A stretch of 32,000 nucleotides of DNA from Cyanobacteria bacterium RI_101 (GTDB lineage: Bacteria > Cyanobacteriota > Cyanobacteriia > Cyanobacteriales > Microcystaceae). Positions within the stretch are counted from its first letter, which is position 1. The number at the start of each line of letters is the position of its first letter. Under the pieces are notes generated by a model. That model ran no database searches. It was not told the DNA's origin and was given only the letters and a program-made list of their open reading frames with translations. Location: assembly GCA_016471375.1 (NCBI GenBank), contig WGLZ01000036.1, forward strand, positions 13,564-45,563, written 5' to 3'. This document shows, piece by piece, positions 8,437 to 14,946 of this stretch. The position numbers and the translations under genes were made by a program.

Positions 8437-8865
8437 GTGGGAAAATTAGCTATGGATCCCATTACTGCGGCGTTACTGATGATTCTGGGCATTTACAGTA
8501 GTGGCATTGTCAATAAGGCTGGCGAAGATACTTGGGATGTCGGTCGTCAACTGCTAAGAAGGAAATTGGCTAATACCCCCACAGGCAAGGCGTTAGCCGC
8601 AGGGCAAGAACCGAATCCAGATCAAGCGCTTATAGATGTAGAAGCCATCAGCGCCGATCCTGAGCTAGAAGAACTTAAGTCTCAACTTCAGACGTTGCTG
8701 GCGCAGAACGAAGAGTTTAAACGACAAGCAGAAGCCATTAAAAAAAACATTCAAATTAATCGTGATCAGGCTCAGGGCTATCTGTTTGAGGGTGAAGTCA
8801 AATCACAATTTCTTGGCGGTACCCATATTCATCATCACGGCGCTGAGCGGCCTAAAACGGATTGA
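8437..8865 (+). CDS. 142-aa N-terminal module of the NLR-like locus (hydrophobic N-terminal helix, coiled-coil, G/Q/N-rich tail); ends at a TGA that is in frame with the NB-ARC ORF
   Basis: SD AAGGAGG (8421-8427) lies 9 nt before the GTG at 8437 (alternative ATG at 8452). Elements: DPITAALLMILGIYSSGIV hydrophobic helix; ELEELKSQLQTLLAQNEEFKRQAEAIKK amphipathic helix; NIQINRDQAQGYLFEGEVKSQFLGGTHIHHHG tail. No family recognised. Confidence 0.6.
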   Translation: MGKLAMDPITAALLMILGIYSSGIVNKAGEDTWDVGRQLLRRKLANTPTGKALAAGQEPNPDQALIDVEAISADPELEELKSQLQTLLAQNEEFKRQAEAIKKNIQINRDQAQGYLFEGEVKSQFLGGTHIHHHGAERPKTD

Positions 8866-8943
8866 CTGGAGTCGCCGGAGTCGAGAGCGCCGGTAAAGTT
8901 CAAGGCTCCCAATAATTTACGGAGAAAGTCAGTCGCCGCTTTT

Positions 8944-11013
8944 GTGGGGCGAGAAAAGCAACTGACGAAACTTCATCAGTGGTTAACGGCGGGGCAACGG
9001 GTCTCGGTCTGGGGTATGGGCGGCCTTGGTAAGTCGGAGTTGGTTCTGCAATATTGGGCCCGTCACAGTCAGGATTACCCCAGCGGGCTGATCTGGTTAG
9101 AAGCGCCGGAGGAGGCGGGTCAGGATATTGTCGTTTTTGGGAGCAACTGTCTCCATTTAGAACCCTCCCCAGAGTTGCCCATAGCCCAGAAGGTGGATCG
9201 GGTCTGGGCGCAATGGCCGGGGGAAGACCGGGTTTTGGTGGTGGCGGATAATCTCAACACGTTGGACGATTACCGTCTGGTTGAGAAGTTTTTACCCAGC
9301 GCCGACCGTTTTTGCGTCTTGGCTACCAGTCGGGTCAGGTTAACGGGGTTGAAGGAGTTGCCATTGGAGGAGTTGTCTCTGCCGGAAGCGGTGGAACTTT
9401 TGGAGCGCCGGAGTCAAGCACCGGAGCGGAGAAGCTGGGATCGGGCCGAAGCGGCAACTCTTTGTCAACGCTTGGGGCGCTTACCCCTGGCTATCGCCTT
9501 GGCGGGCAGTTACTTGGCCATAGATCCCAATTTGAGTTTGGGGGAGATCAGCGCCGAGCTTACGGCCAGGGGATTGGAGGCGCAGTATTTTCAAAACCCG
9601 GATTTGACGGTAGCCCAAAGGGGACTGAACGCGGTTTTCGATTTATCCTGGCAAGCCCTCGATCCACCGACCCAACGCTTGGCCGCTCTCTTAGCGATGT
9701 TTGCGGCGGCCCCTATTGAATGGCGTTTGGTGGAAAAGATCTTAATTTCTTCAGGCAACCCGACTTTAGACCAATTTAGTTTAAGAGATCTCAGGCAAAC
9801 TCTGCTCCGCTACGCTTTATTACAGTCTGTGGAATTACCGGAAGAGGGGTTATCCGGCTATCAATTGCATCCCCTGATCTGGGACTATTTCCGGCGCCAG
9901 ATTCCTAATTGTCTGGATCAGCCCGCCCGACAGGCCTTTGTTACGGTGCTGGTCGCGGAGGCAGAAACAATTGCCTACAATGCGCCCCTAGAAGACTATG
10001 AAAAGGCGCGGGCTTCTATTCCCCATATTGCGGAAGTAGCGGAAACTTGGGCGAACGACTTGGCTGATGAGGATCTGATTACGCCCTACACAGGACTCAG
10101 TCGCTTTTATGAAGGTTTTCTTGACTATCAACTGTCTGAAGTTTACTTAAATAAAGGTCTCTCCCTATCCCGACGGCGCCTACCCCAAAACCATCCCGAT
10201 ATTGCCGCCGCCCTCAACAACCTAGCGGTACTGTATAAGTTCTTAGGGAGGTATAATGAAGCTGAGCCTCTCTATACAGAAGTGTTATTAATTCTCTCCA
10301 AATTTTTGCCAAAAAATGATCCAATTTTGGCCATCACTCTCAACAACTTAGCAGAACTATATCAAGTGCAAGAAAAATATAAAGAAGCGGAGCTTCTCTA
10401 CAAAAATGCTCTAGATATTGACTTAAAATCCTTACCTGCTAGTTATCTCAATTTAGCAACTCACCTTAACAATTTAGGTGGATTGTACCAAGCGCAGGGT
10501 AGATATAGCGAGGCGGAACCTCTCTACACAGAAGGGCTGAGCATCATCCGTCAAATCTTACTCCCCGATCATCCCCAATTAGCACGTCACCTCAACAACT
10601 TGGCTGGTCTATACCAAGCTCAAGGTCGGTATAGTGAAGCGGAATCCCTCTACACAGAGGCGTTAGCTATTGACCGTCAGTCTTTAGTTTCCAATCATCC
10701 TTACTTAGCCAGTCATCTCCACAATTTGGGATTTCTGTACAGATCTCAAGAGAAATACAGTGAAGCAGAATCTTTCTACAGAGAGGCTATAGCCATTGAT
10801 CGGCAATCCTTACGCCCCAATCATCCTCAATTAGCCAATCATCTGAACAATTTGGCATTATTGTGCGAAATGCAAAAAAAATACAGGGAAGCGGACCCCC
10901 TCTACAGAGAAGCTTTGGCTATTTTTGAAGTCAGCCTCGGCACTGGTCATTCTGATACCCGAACCGTTCGCGCCAATTACGAGCGGTTTTTACAGCAGTT
11001 AAACAATGAATGA
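8944..11013 (+). CDS. STAND NTPase: NB-ARC domain + six KLC-type TPR repeats (NLR-like). The homologous reading frame actually continues upstream to 8866
   Basis: P-loop GMGGLGKS, Walker B RVLVVADNL, LATSR (RNBS-B/TTR-like), GRLPLAIALAG (GLPL-like) and QLHPLIWDY (MHD-like). These are followed by 42-aa repeats of the form HPxLAxxLNNLAxLYxxQGRYSEAEPLYxEAL. Codons 8866-8943 (…APNNLRRKSVAAF) complete the usual FVGRE pre-P-loop motif. Confidence 0.9.
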   Translation: MGREKQLTKLHQWLTAGQRVSVWGMGGLGKSELVLQYWARHSQDYPSGLIWLEAPEEAGQDIVVFGSNCLHLEPSPELPIAQKVDRVWAQWPGEDRVLVVADNLNTLDDYRLVEKFLPSADRFCVLATSRVRLTGLKELPLEELSLPEAVELLERRSQAPERRSWDRAEAATLCQRLGRLPLAIALAGSYLAIDPNLSLGEISAELTARGLEAQYFQNPDLTVAQRGLNAVFDLSWQALDPPTQRLAALLAMFAAAPIEWRLVEKILISSGNPTLDQFSLRDLRQTLLRYALLQSVELPEEGLSGYQLHPLIWDYFRRQIPNCLDQPARQAFVTVLVAEAETIAYNAPLEDYEKARASIPHIAEVAETWANDLADEDLITPYTGLSRFYEGFLDYQLSEVYLNKGLSLSRRRLPQNHPDIAAALNNLAVLYKFLGRYNEAEPLYTEVLLILSKFLPKNDPILAITLNNLAELYQVQEKYKEAELLYKNALDIDLKSLPASYLNLATHLNNLGGLYQAQGRYSEAEPLYTEGLSIIRQILLPDHPQLARHLNNLAGLYQAQGRYSEAESLYTEALAIDRQSLVSNHPYLASHLHNLGFLYRSQEKYSEAESFYREAIAIDRQSLRPNHPQLANHLNNLALLCEMQKKYREADPLYREALAIFEVSLGTGHSDTRTVRANYERFLQQLNNE
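10192..10947 (+). repeat. Six tandem 126-bp (42-aa) TPR-coding units inside the NLR gene
   Basis: The exact 126-bp periodicity was verified in frame (10192 + 6x126 = 10948). The units are diverged at synonymous sites, so they are not recent duplications. Confidence 0.85.
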
Positions 11014-11064
11014 TGACACAGGGCTAGACCCACCCCTAACCCCTCCAAGGAGCGGAACCGGAAA
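10906..11064 (+). repeat. Right copy of the ~159-bp direct repeat flanking the NLR gene (NLR 3' end plus hairpin unit GACCCACCCCTAACCCCTCCAAGGAGCGGAACCGGAA)
   Basis: See the alignment to 8213-8371. Confidence 0.8.
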
Positions 11065-11068
11065 CTTT

Positions 11069-12367
11069 ATGCCTGAGCCGCCAGCCGAAAATTCCCTTTC
11101 CCCCGCTCCCAAACTGCGCCACCGGGGCCGAATTTTTGCGCCTCGCCCCAGTCCCTACGAACGAGTCCTTTGGCCCTGGGTGCAGATGAAAAACCTCTTC
11201 CAGCGCCTCTACCGGTTTTGTCTGCGTCTCCTCTGGGCGGAATTGCTAGAGGGCAAAACCCAGGAGGAAGAATGGCTCAATTTACTCTTATTTGTCCTGT
11301 TCCTGTTTCTCTCCTGGTTAAGCTATCGCCTCTCCCAAACGGCGCCGTGGGTCGCCTTCAGCTTTTTTGTCCTCTGGTATCTGGATTATGCCCTAGCGGT
11401 TCGGGCCTATCGACGGGGCCAAGCTTGGCGGGCCGTGGAACTCAGCGAAAACAGCGCCGGCCTTTGGCAGTGGCGGAGTCAGGTGGCCCCCTTTCGCTGG
11501 GACTTTACCCCGGAGCAGACCCGACGATTAACGATTACCCTGCGGGAATTGCGGGCCGGCGCTTTTAGTCATCGTCTGGGGCGAGTCTGGCAATTAAAGC
11601 TTTTACTGATGGATCAATCAGATTGGCTACTGGCGGAAAGCGAGCGCCTGCCAGACCTCTTGGCCCTAGCCCAACCCCTACAAACCGCCCTAGATCTAGA
11701 CTGCGTCTTCGCCGACAGCGCCGGTTGGGGGAGCTACGCCGAACAGGGCATTGTTACCCAGTCTCTAGCGCTCCCTCCGGGGCAACGGCCCGGGGTGGGT
11801 TGTCAGATTACGTCCGCCAAGTGGCATATTTTTTCCCGGTGGCGCTGGGGGGATTCCTGGGCCTTTCTCAAGGAATTGGTTCGGGAATCGGGTTTTTTAA
11901 TCTTCGCGCTCCTGACGTCGGGGTTTATGCTCCAGGCGGGGCGGCTGATCGACGGGGTGCTAACCGCCAGAACCGTTACCTTCTCCCTTGGCTTTGGCAG
12001 AGGCTATTCCTGGCTCACTCTCCTCTCTCTTGTCGGCGCCGTAGGGATTTTAATCTATCGGGGTTGGCAGTTGAGCCGCCAAAAACACACCGTCATTGAC
12101 CGCCATTTCCTACGTTTTTTCCTGGATCAGTATGCTTTGGGTAAACTCCCCACCCAACAGGTCGTCTCGGCGCTGTTTTCACCCCAAAAGGACGTCGGCT
12201 TAGTGTTCTTAACGGCGGATCAGGCGCTGATTCTACCACCCCTCCCCCAGGAAAGCGACAACCTCCGCTATCTCCAAAGTCTCTACGAAGCCCTGCTCTG
12301 TTTTCAGCAACCCCCGGCGCTGGAGGAAGAGGATTTGGAAAATGAGTCAACGCCCGATCCCCCCTAA
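11069..12367 (+). CDS. Hypothetical integral membrane protein with two TM-hairpin + soluble-module units. The track start at 11006 lies inside repeat DNA; ATG 11069 or 11186 is more likely
   Basis: TM pairs LNLLLFVLFLFLSWLSY / WVAFSFFVLWYLDYALAV and GFLIFALLTSGFMLQAG / WLTLLSLVGAVGILIY, each followed by a ~90-130 aa soluble segment (layout reminiscent of bacterial PH / YdbT-like proteins; weak). GC content and octamer content are native. Confidence 0.6.
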   Translation: MPEPPAENSLSPAPKLRHRGRIFAPRPSPYERVLWPWVQMKNLFQRLYRFCLRLLWAELLEGKTQEEEWLNLLLFVLFLFLSWLSYRLSQTAPWVAFSFFVLWYLDYALAVRAYRRGQAWRAVELSENSAGLWQWRSQVAPFRWDFTPEQTRRLTITLRELRAGAFSHRLGRVWQLKLLLMDQSDWLLAESERLPDLLALAQPLQTALDLDCVFADSAGWGSYAEQGIVTQSLALPPGQRPGVGCQITSAKWHIFSRWRWGDSWAFLKELVRESGFLIFALLTSGFMLQAGRLIDGVLTARTVTFSLGFGRGYSWLTLLSLVGAVGILIYRGWQLSRQKHTVIDRHFLRFFLDQYALGKLPTQQVVSALFSPQKDVGLVFLTADQALILPPLPQESDNLRYLQSLYEALLCFQQPPALEEEDLENESTPDPP

Positions 12368-12381
12368 CCCCCCTTTAACAA

Positions 12382-12536
12382 CTACGGTGTACACATAACT
12401 CAAATAATTGCTGAAATTCTATCAAGAACCCCTCCCTAGCCCTCTCCTTGGTAAGGGGAGGGAACAAAGATTTCCGGTTCTCCCCCTTACCAAGGGGGAG
12501 TTAGAGGGGGTTTTGACACTTGTGTATGCACGGTAG
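12382..12536. mobile_element. MITE copy B (155 bp) with a perfect 10-bp target-site duplication, CCTTTAACAA (12372-12381 and 12537-12546)
   Basis: Termini are CTACGGTGTACACA / TGTGTATGCACGGTAG. The interior is near-identical, in reverse complement, to 29564-29720. The flanking duplication was read directly. Confidence 0.85.
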
Positions 12537-12559
12537 CCTTTAACAAGGGGAAACGGCTC

Positions 12560-13210
12560 CTAAACAGAGCGCCGCCCAAAAATGAGACTGCCCACCCGAA
12601 TCAGCGTCGCGCCCGCGGCCAGCGCCTGGGGATAGTCCCCCGACATGCCCATGGATAATTCTTCCAAAGGCAAGGGAAGGGATTGGGCTAACTGAGCCAC
12701 TTTTTGAAAGGCGGCGAGGCGCTCCTCCGGGGTTAAGCCCAGGGGCAAAATGGCCATTAACCCCCGCAGTTGTAGATGCTCCAGCGCCTGAAGGCGGGGC
12801 AGAGCGTCCTCTAACTCGCGGGCCGACCAGCCCGTTTTCGTTTCGTCGGGCCAAAGTTTGACCTGTAATAAAATCTGAGGACGGCGCTTTAATTCCCCGG
12901 CGATTCGCTCTAGGCGCTCGGTGATCGCCCAGCTATCGACGGAATGAATCCAGGGAAAATGCTCGATAATTTTGCGGGCTTTGTTGGCCTGTAAGCGCCC
13001 GATAAAATGCCAAGTCAGATCCGTTAAATCCGCTAACCGCTCCATTTTCGGCAAAGCTTCCTGAACTCGGCTCTCCCCAAAGTCCCGCACCCCGGCGCCG
13101 TAGGCTTGACGGATGGTTTCGGCGCCGACGGTTTTACTGACGGCCACCAGCTTGACGCCGGGGCGCAGGGCGTTTTGCAGCGCCCGCAGTTGGCTTAGCT
13201 CGTTAGTCAT
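12560..13210 (-). CDS. pipY: YggS/COG0325-family PLP-binding (PLP homeostasis) protein; PipY in cyanobacteria
   Basis: 216 aa. VKLVAVSKTVGAETIRQAYGAGVRDFGESRVQEA (PLP lysine motif AVSKT), HFIGRLQANK and the C-terminal LSMGMSGDY...GATLIRVGSLIFG are present. It lies directly downstream of pipX. Confidence 0.9.
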   Translation of the reverse strand: MTNELSQLRALQNALRPGVKLVAVSKTVGAETIRQAYGAGVRDFGESRVQEALPKMERLADLTDLTWHFIGRLQANKARKIIEHFPWIHSVDSWAITERLERIAGELKRRPQILLQVKLWPDETKTGWSARELEDALPRLQALEHLQLRGLMAILPLGLTPEERLAAFQKVAQLAQSLPLPLEELSMGMSGDYPQALAAGATLIRVGSLIFGRRSV

Positions 13211-13263
13211 AGCCGAGAAAAGCCCTCTAAGCGGTGTTGAATAAAGGTCAACTTCTCAGTTTT

Positions 13264-13359
13264 ATCCCCCCTAGCCCCCCTTTGAAAGGGGGGAACCGAT
13301 TTTAAAGTCCCCCTTCCCAAGGGGGATTGTTCCACTGAGCAACGCCGAAGTGTAGGGGG
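13264..13359. repeat. ~96-bp double-hairpin repeat between pipX and pipY
   Basis: CCCCCCTAGCCCCCC-TTTGAAA-GGGGGG ... AAAGTCCCCC-TTCCCAA-GGGGGATTGTTCCACTGAGC..GCCGAAGTGTAGGGGG. The same family occurs at 585-680 and 29740-29840. Track ORF 13207..13392(-) is made of it. Confidence 0.8.
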
Positions 13360-13395
13360 CTTGACTAAGAGAGCGAGGAACTTTCCCAACATCTT

Positions 13396-13662
13396 CTAAA
13401 AATGGGTCTGGTAAAGTTTCAGGGCTTCTTGGTATTGTTGGAGATCCCCCGAGCGCCGCAGAGCGCGGAGACGATTTTCGATCATTAACTTCGCTTCGGC
13501 CCGGGTCATGGACTCAAAACGGGTGGACTCGGCGGCGGTCACCACCAAAAAAAAGAGGCGCTGGGCGTAGAGGGTCGTAAAGATTTCCCGAGTTTCATCC
13601 AACAGACAAACCCGATAAAGGAGACCAAAAGTGGGGTGATTCAGGTAGGTTTCGATGCTCAT
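13396..13662 (-). CDS. pipX: PipX (PII-interacting protein X, NtcA coactivator)
   Basis: 88 aa. YLNHPTFGLLYRVCLLDETREIFTTLYAQRLFFLVV...TRFESMTRAEAKLMIENRLRALRR closely matches the PipX sequence as I recall it (YLNHPTFGLLY...LYAQRLFFLV). Confidence 0.92.
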   Translation of the reverse strand: MSIETYLNHPTFGLLYRVCLLDETREIFTTLYAQRLFFLVVTAAESTRFESMTRAEAKLMIENRLRALRRSGDLQQYQEALKLYQTHF

Positions 13663-13830
13663 TCCAGCGGTAGCCCTTGACGCGCAAGCCGAGGTTTGCT
13701 CTTGGTTTAAAGTGACGTGGCTTGGGTGTTGACCCTAGAAACAATTCCGGCGCTAAACTTTTCCACATTGAAACCAGTCATCAAGCTCCTTGGGAGGGGG
13801 CTGGGGGGCAGGTTCTAACCTTGAGAAACT

Positions 13831-13870
13831 CACCCGCCCCTAACCCCTCCGGGGGAGGGGAACCGGAGAC
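13831..13870. repeat. Hairpin repeat unit CACCCGCCCCTAACCCCTCC-GGGG-GAGGGGAACCGGAGAC
   Basis: Same unit as 8334-8371 and 11028-11064, and (in reverse) 29427-29463. Confidence 0.75.
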
Positions 13871-13968
13871 TTAGGATTTCAAAGTCGATGCGGTTTAAAC
13901 TCAGAATTGCCTTTATCCTAGTCATCTTACCCTGTTCGGCTAAATTTTCCCCCTAGGTCTTGTCCCGG

Positions 13969-14055
13969 ATGCCCGAATTATCCAGTTTGCTCGTTCCCTT
14001 GGCGCTCTTGGGCTGTATTCTCCTCGCGGCGCTGTATTTTACCCGCGTCGCCTAG
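13969..14055 (+). CDS. Possible 28-aa hydrophobic mini-protein (MPELSSLLVPLALLGCILLAALYFTRVA)
   Basis: An ATG-initiated ORF below the track cutoff with a single predicted TM helix. It does not match any small photosystem or b6f subunit I can recall. Confidence 0.2.
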   Translation: MPELSSLLVPLALLGCILLAALYFTRVA

Positions 14056-14058
14056 GGC

Positions 14059-14619
14059 TTAACTCCGGCGCGTTTCCAAGTACTGGCCAATCATTTGCTC
14101 TTGACCCGCCCGGGAAATAATCGTCTGGCGGGTGCGGTATTGAGCTCCGATCAACTTCAGTTCTTCCTCAAAGCTGGCGCCGTTATACTCGGTTTTCAGG
14201 GTCATGGTCTGGGGGTTGGTAAAGCTGTAGTCCGCCACCACGGGTTTAGCCGTGGCGAAGCCCCTGTCCCGATAGAGAATCGCGCCCCCGGCGCCGAAAA
14301 TGGTGGAGCCTTTACTGGGTTTGCGGTGGGGTTGGGGATAATGGCTTTCCCAGGTCACCCGAGCGCCGCAGACGAGATGCTCCGCCTTCTCTAACTGGTG
14401 CAAACAAGCGAGATGTTCCAATTCTGGGGCGCCGGCGGTTAAAAAGACCACGGTGATGTCACTGGCGACCTCCTGGGGTTCCTCCGTCCCGTTGAGGGTG
14501 TAATACCGGCGCTGGGAACGCCACTCTCCGGCGCTACGACGGAAAAAGTCGGTAATTAAGGTTTCCAGGGTCGCGGGGCAAAGGGTAGGGGTCATGGGGA
14601 TCACTGGTAGTCTTGTCAA
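14059..14619 (-). CDS. Phycobiliprotein lyase, CpcS/CpcU (CpeS-like) family, second paralogue
   Basis: 186 aa. LITDFFRRSAGEWRSQRRYYTL... (the family's FF..SAG.W.SQR motif), plus a lipocalin-like length and the C-terminal ...YRTRQTII. Confidence 0.75.
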   Translation of the reverse strand: MTRLPVIPMTPTLCPATLETLITDFFRRSAGEWRSQRRYYTLNGTEEPQEVASDITVVFLTAGAPELEHLACLHQLEKAEHLVCGARVTWESHYPQPHRKPSKGSTIFGAGGAILYRDRGFATAKPVVADYSFTNPQTMTLKTEYNGASFEEELKLIGAQYRTRQTIISRAGQEQMIGQYLETRRS

Positions 14620-14815
14620 GTTATTGTAACTTATCTTTACATTTGCCGTGGGGAGGAGAGTGACCCGAACTCTAGAGGGCGGCGCCGAGAAAATCTGTTA
14701 ATTCCGCTACGGTTAGCCCTGGCGAATCTCCGTCCCCTATAATCTTTGAGTCTGAGCAGTCTTCTCAGCGTTCCATGTCTTCGGGTGCGTCTCAGATTTG
14801 TCGGTGGTTTTGTTT

Positions 14816-14904
14816 ACCCTCATCCCCCGGCCCCTTCTCCCAAGGCGGGAGAAGGGGAGCCAAAGTCCCTCTCCCTTTTTGGGAGAGGGATTTAGGGTGA
14901 GGGT
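14816..14904. repeat. 89-bp double-hairpin palindromic repeat (ACCCTCA...CCCCTTCTCCC-AAGGC-GGGAGAAGGGG...CCCTCTCCC-TTTTT-GGGAGAGGG...TGAGGGT)
   Basis: Read directly. It lies just upstream of argS and supplies the spurious TTG start at 14911. Confidence 0.75.
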
Positions 14905-14946
14905 CAAGGTTTGAGGCGTACTAGTCGCAAAAGTGAGATGTTCCCC

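Noticed and set aside
8313-8501. 62-aa ORF starting MIDDTGLDPPLTPSRRGT
   Set aside because: It starts in the decayed TPR-gene remnant and hairpin repeat, and runs out of frame into the N-module ORF. This is a repeat-derived artefact.
8863-8865. The in-frame TGA as a selenocysteine codon
   Set aside because: I could see no SECIS-like hairpin immediately downstream, cyanobacteria are not known to use the Sec machinery, and the position is a linker rather than a redox motif.
9054-9719. Alternative-frame ORFs inside the NB-ARC region (9054-9251, 9312-9719), and inside the membrane protein gene (11170-11568, 11623-12099, 12093-12350)
   Set aside because: These are G/R/S/P-rich off-frame translations of well-supported genes, with no motifs.
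10192-10947. Hyper-conserved, recently homogenised TPR repeats of the kind seen in some fungal and bacterial NLR sensors
   Set aside because: Adjacent 126-bp units differ at many synonymous positions (for example units 3 and 4), so there is no sign of recent unit duplication or gene conversion.
12540-12854. 104-aa minus-strand ORF overlapping pipY in another frame
   Set aside because: It is an off-frame G/R/A/P-rich product, and the YggS frame carries all the family motifs.
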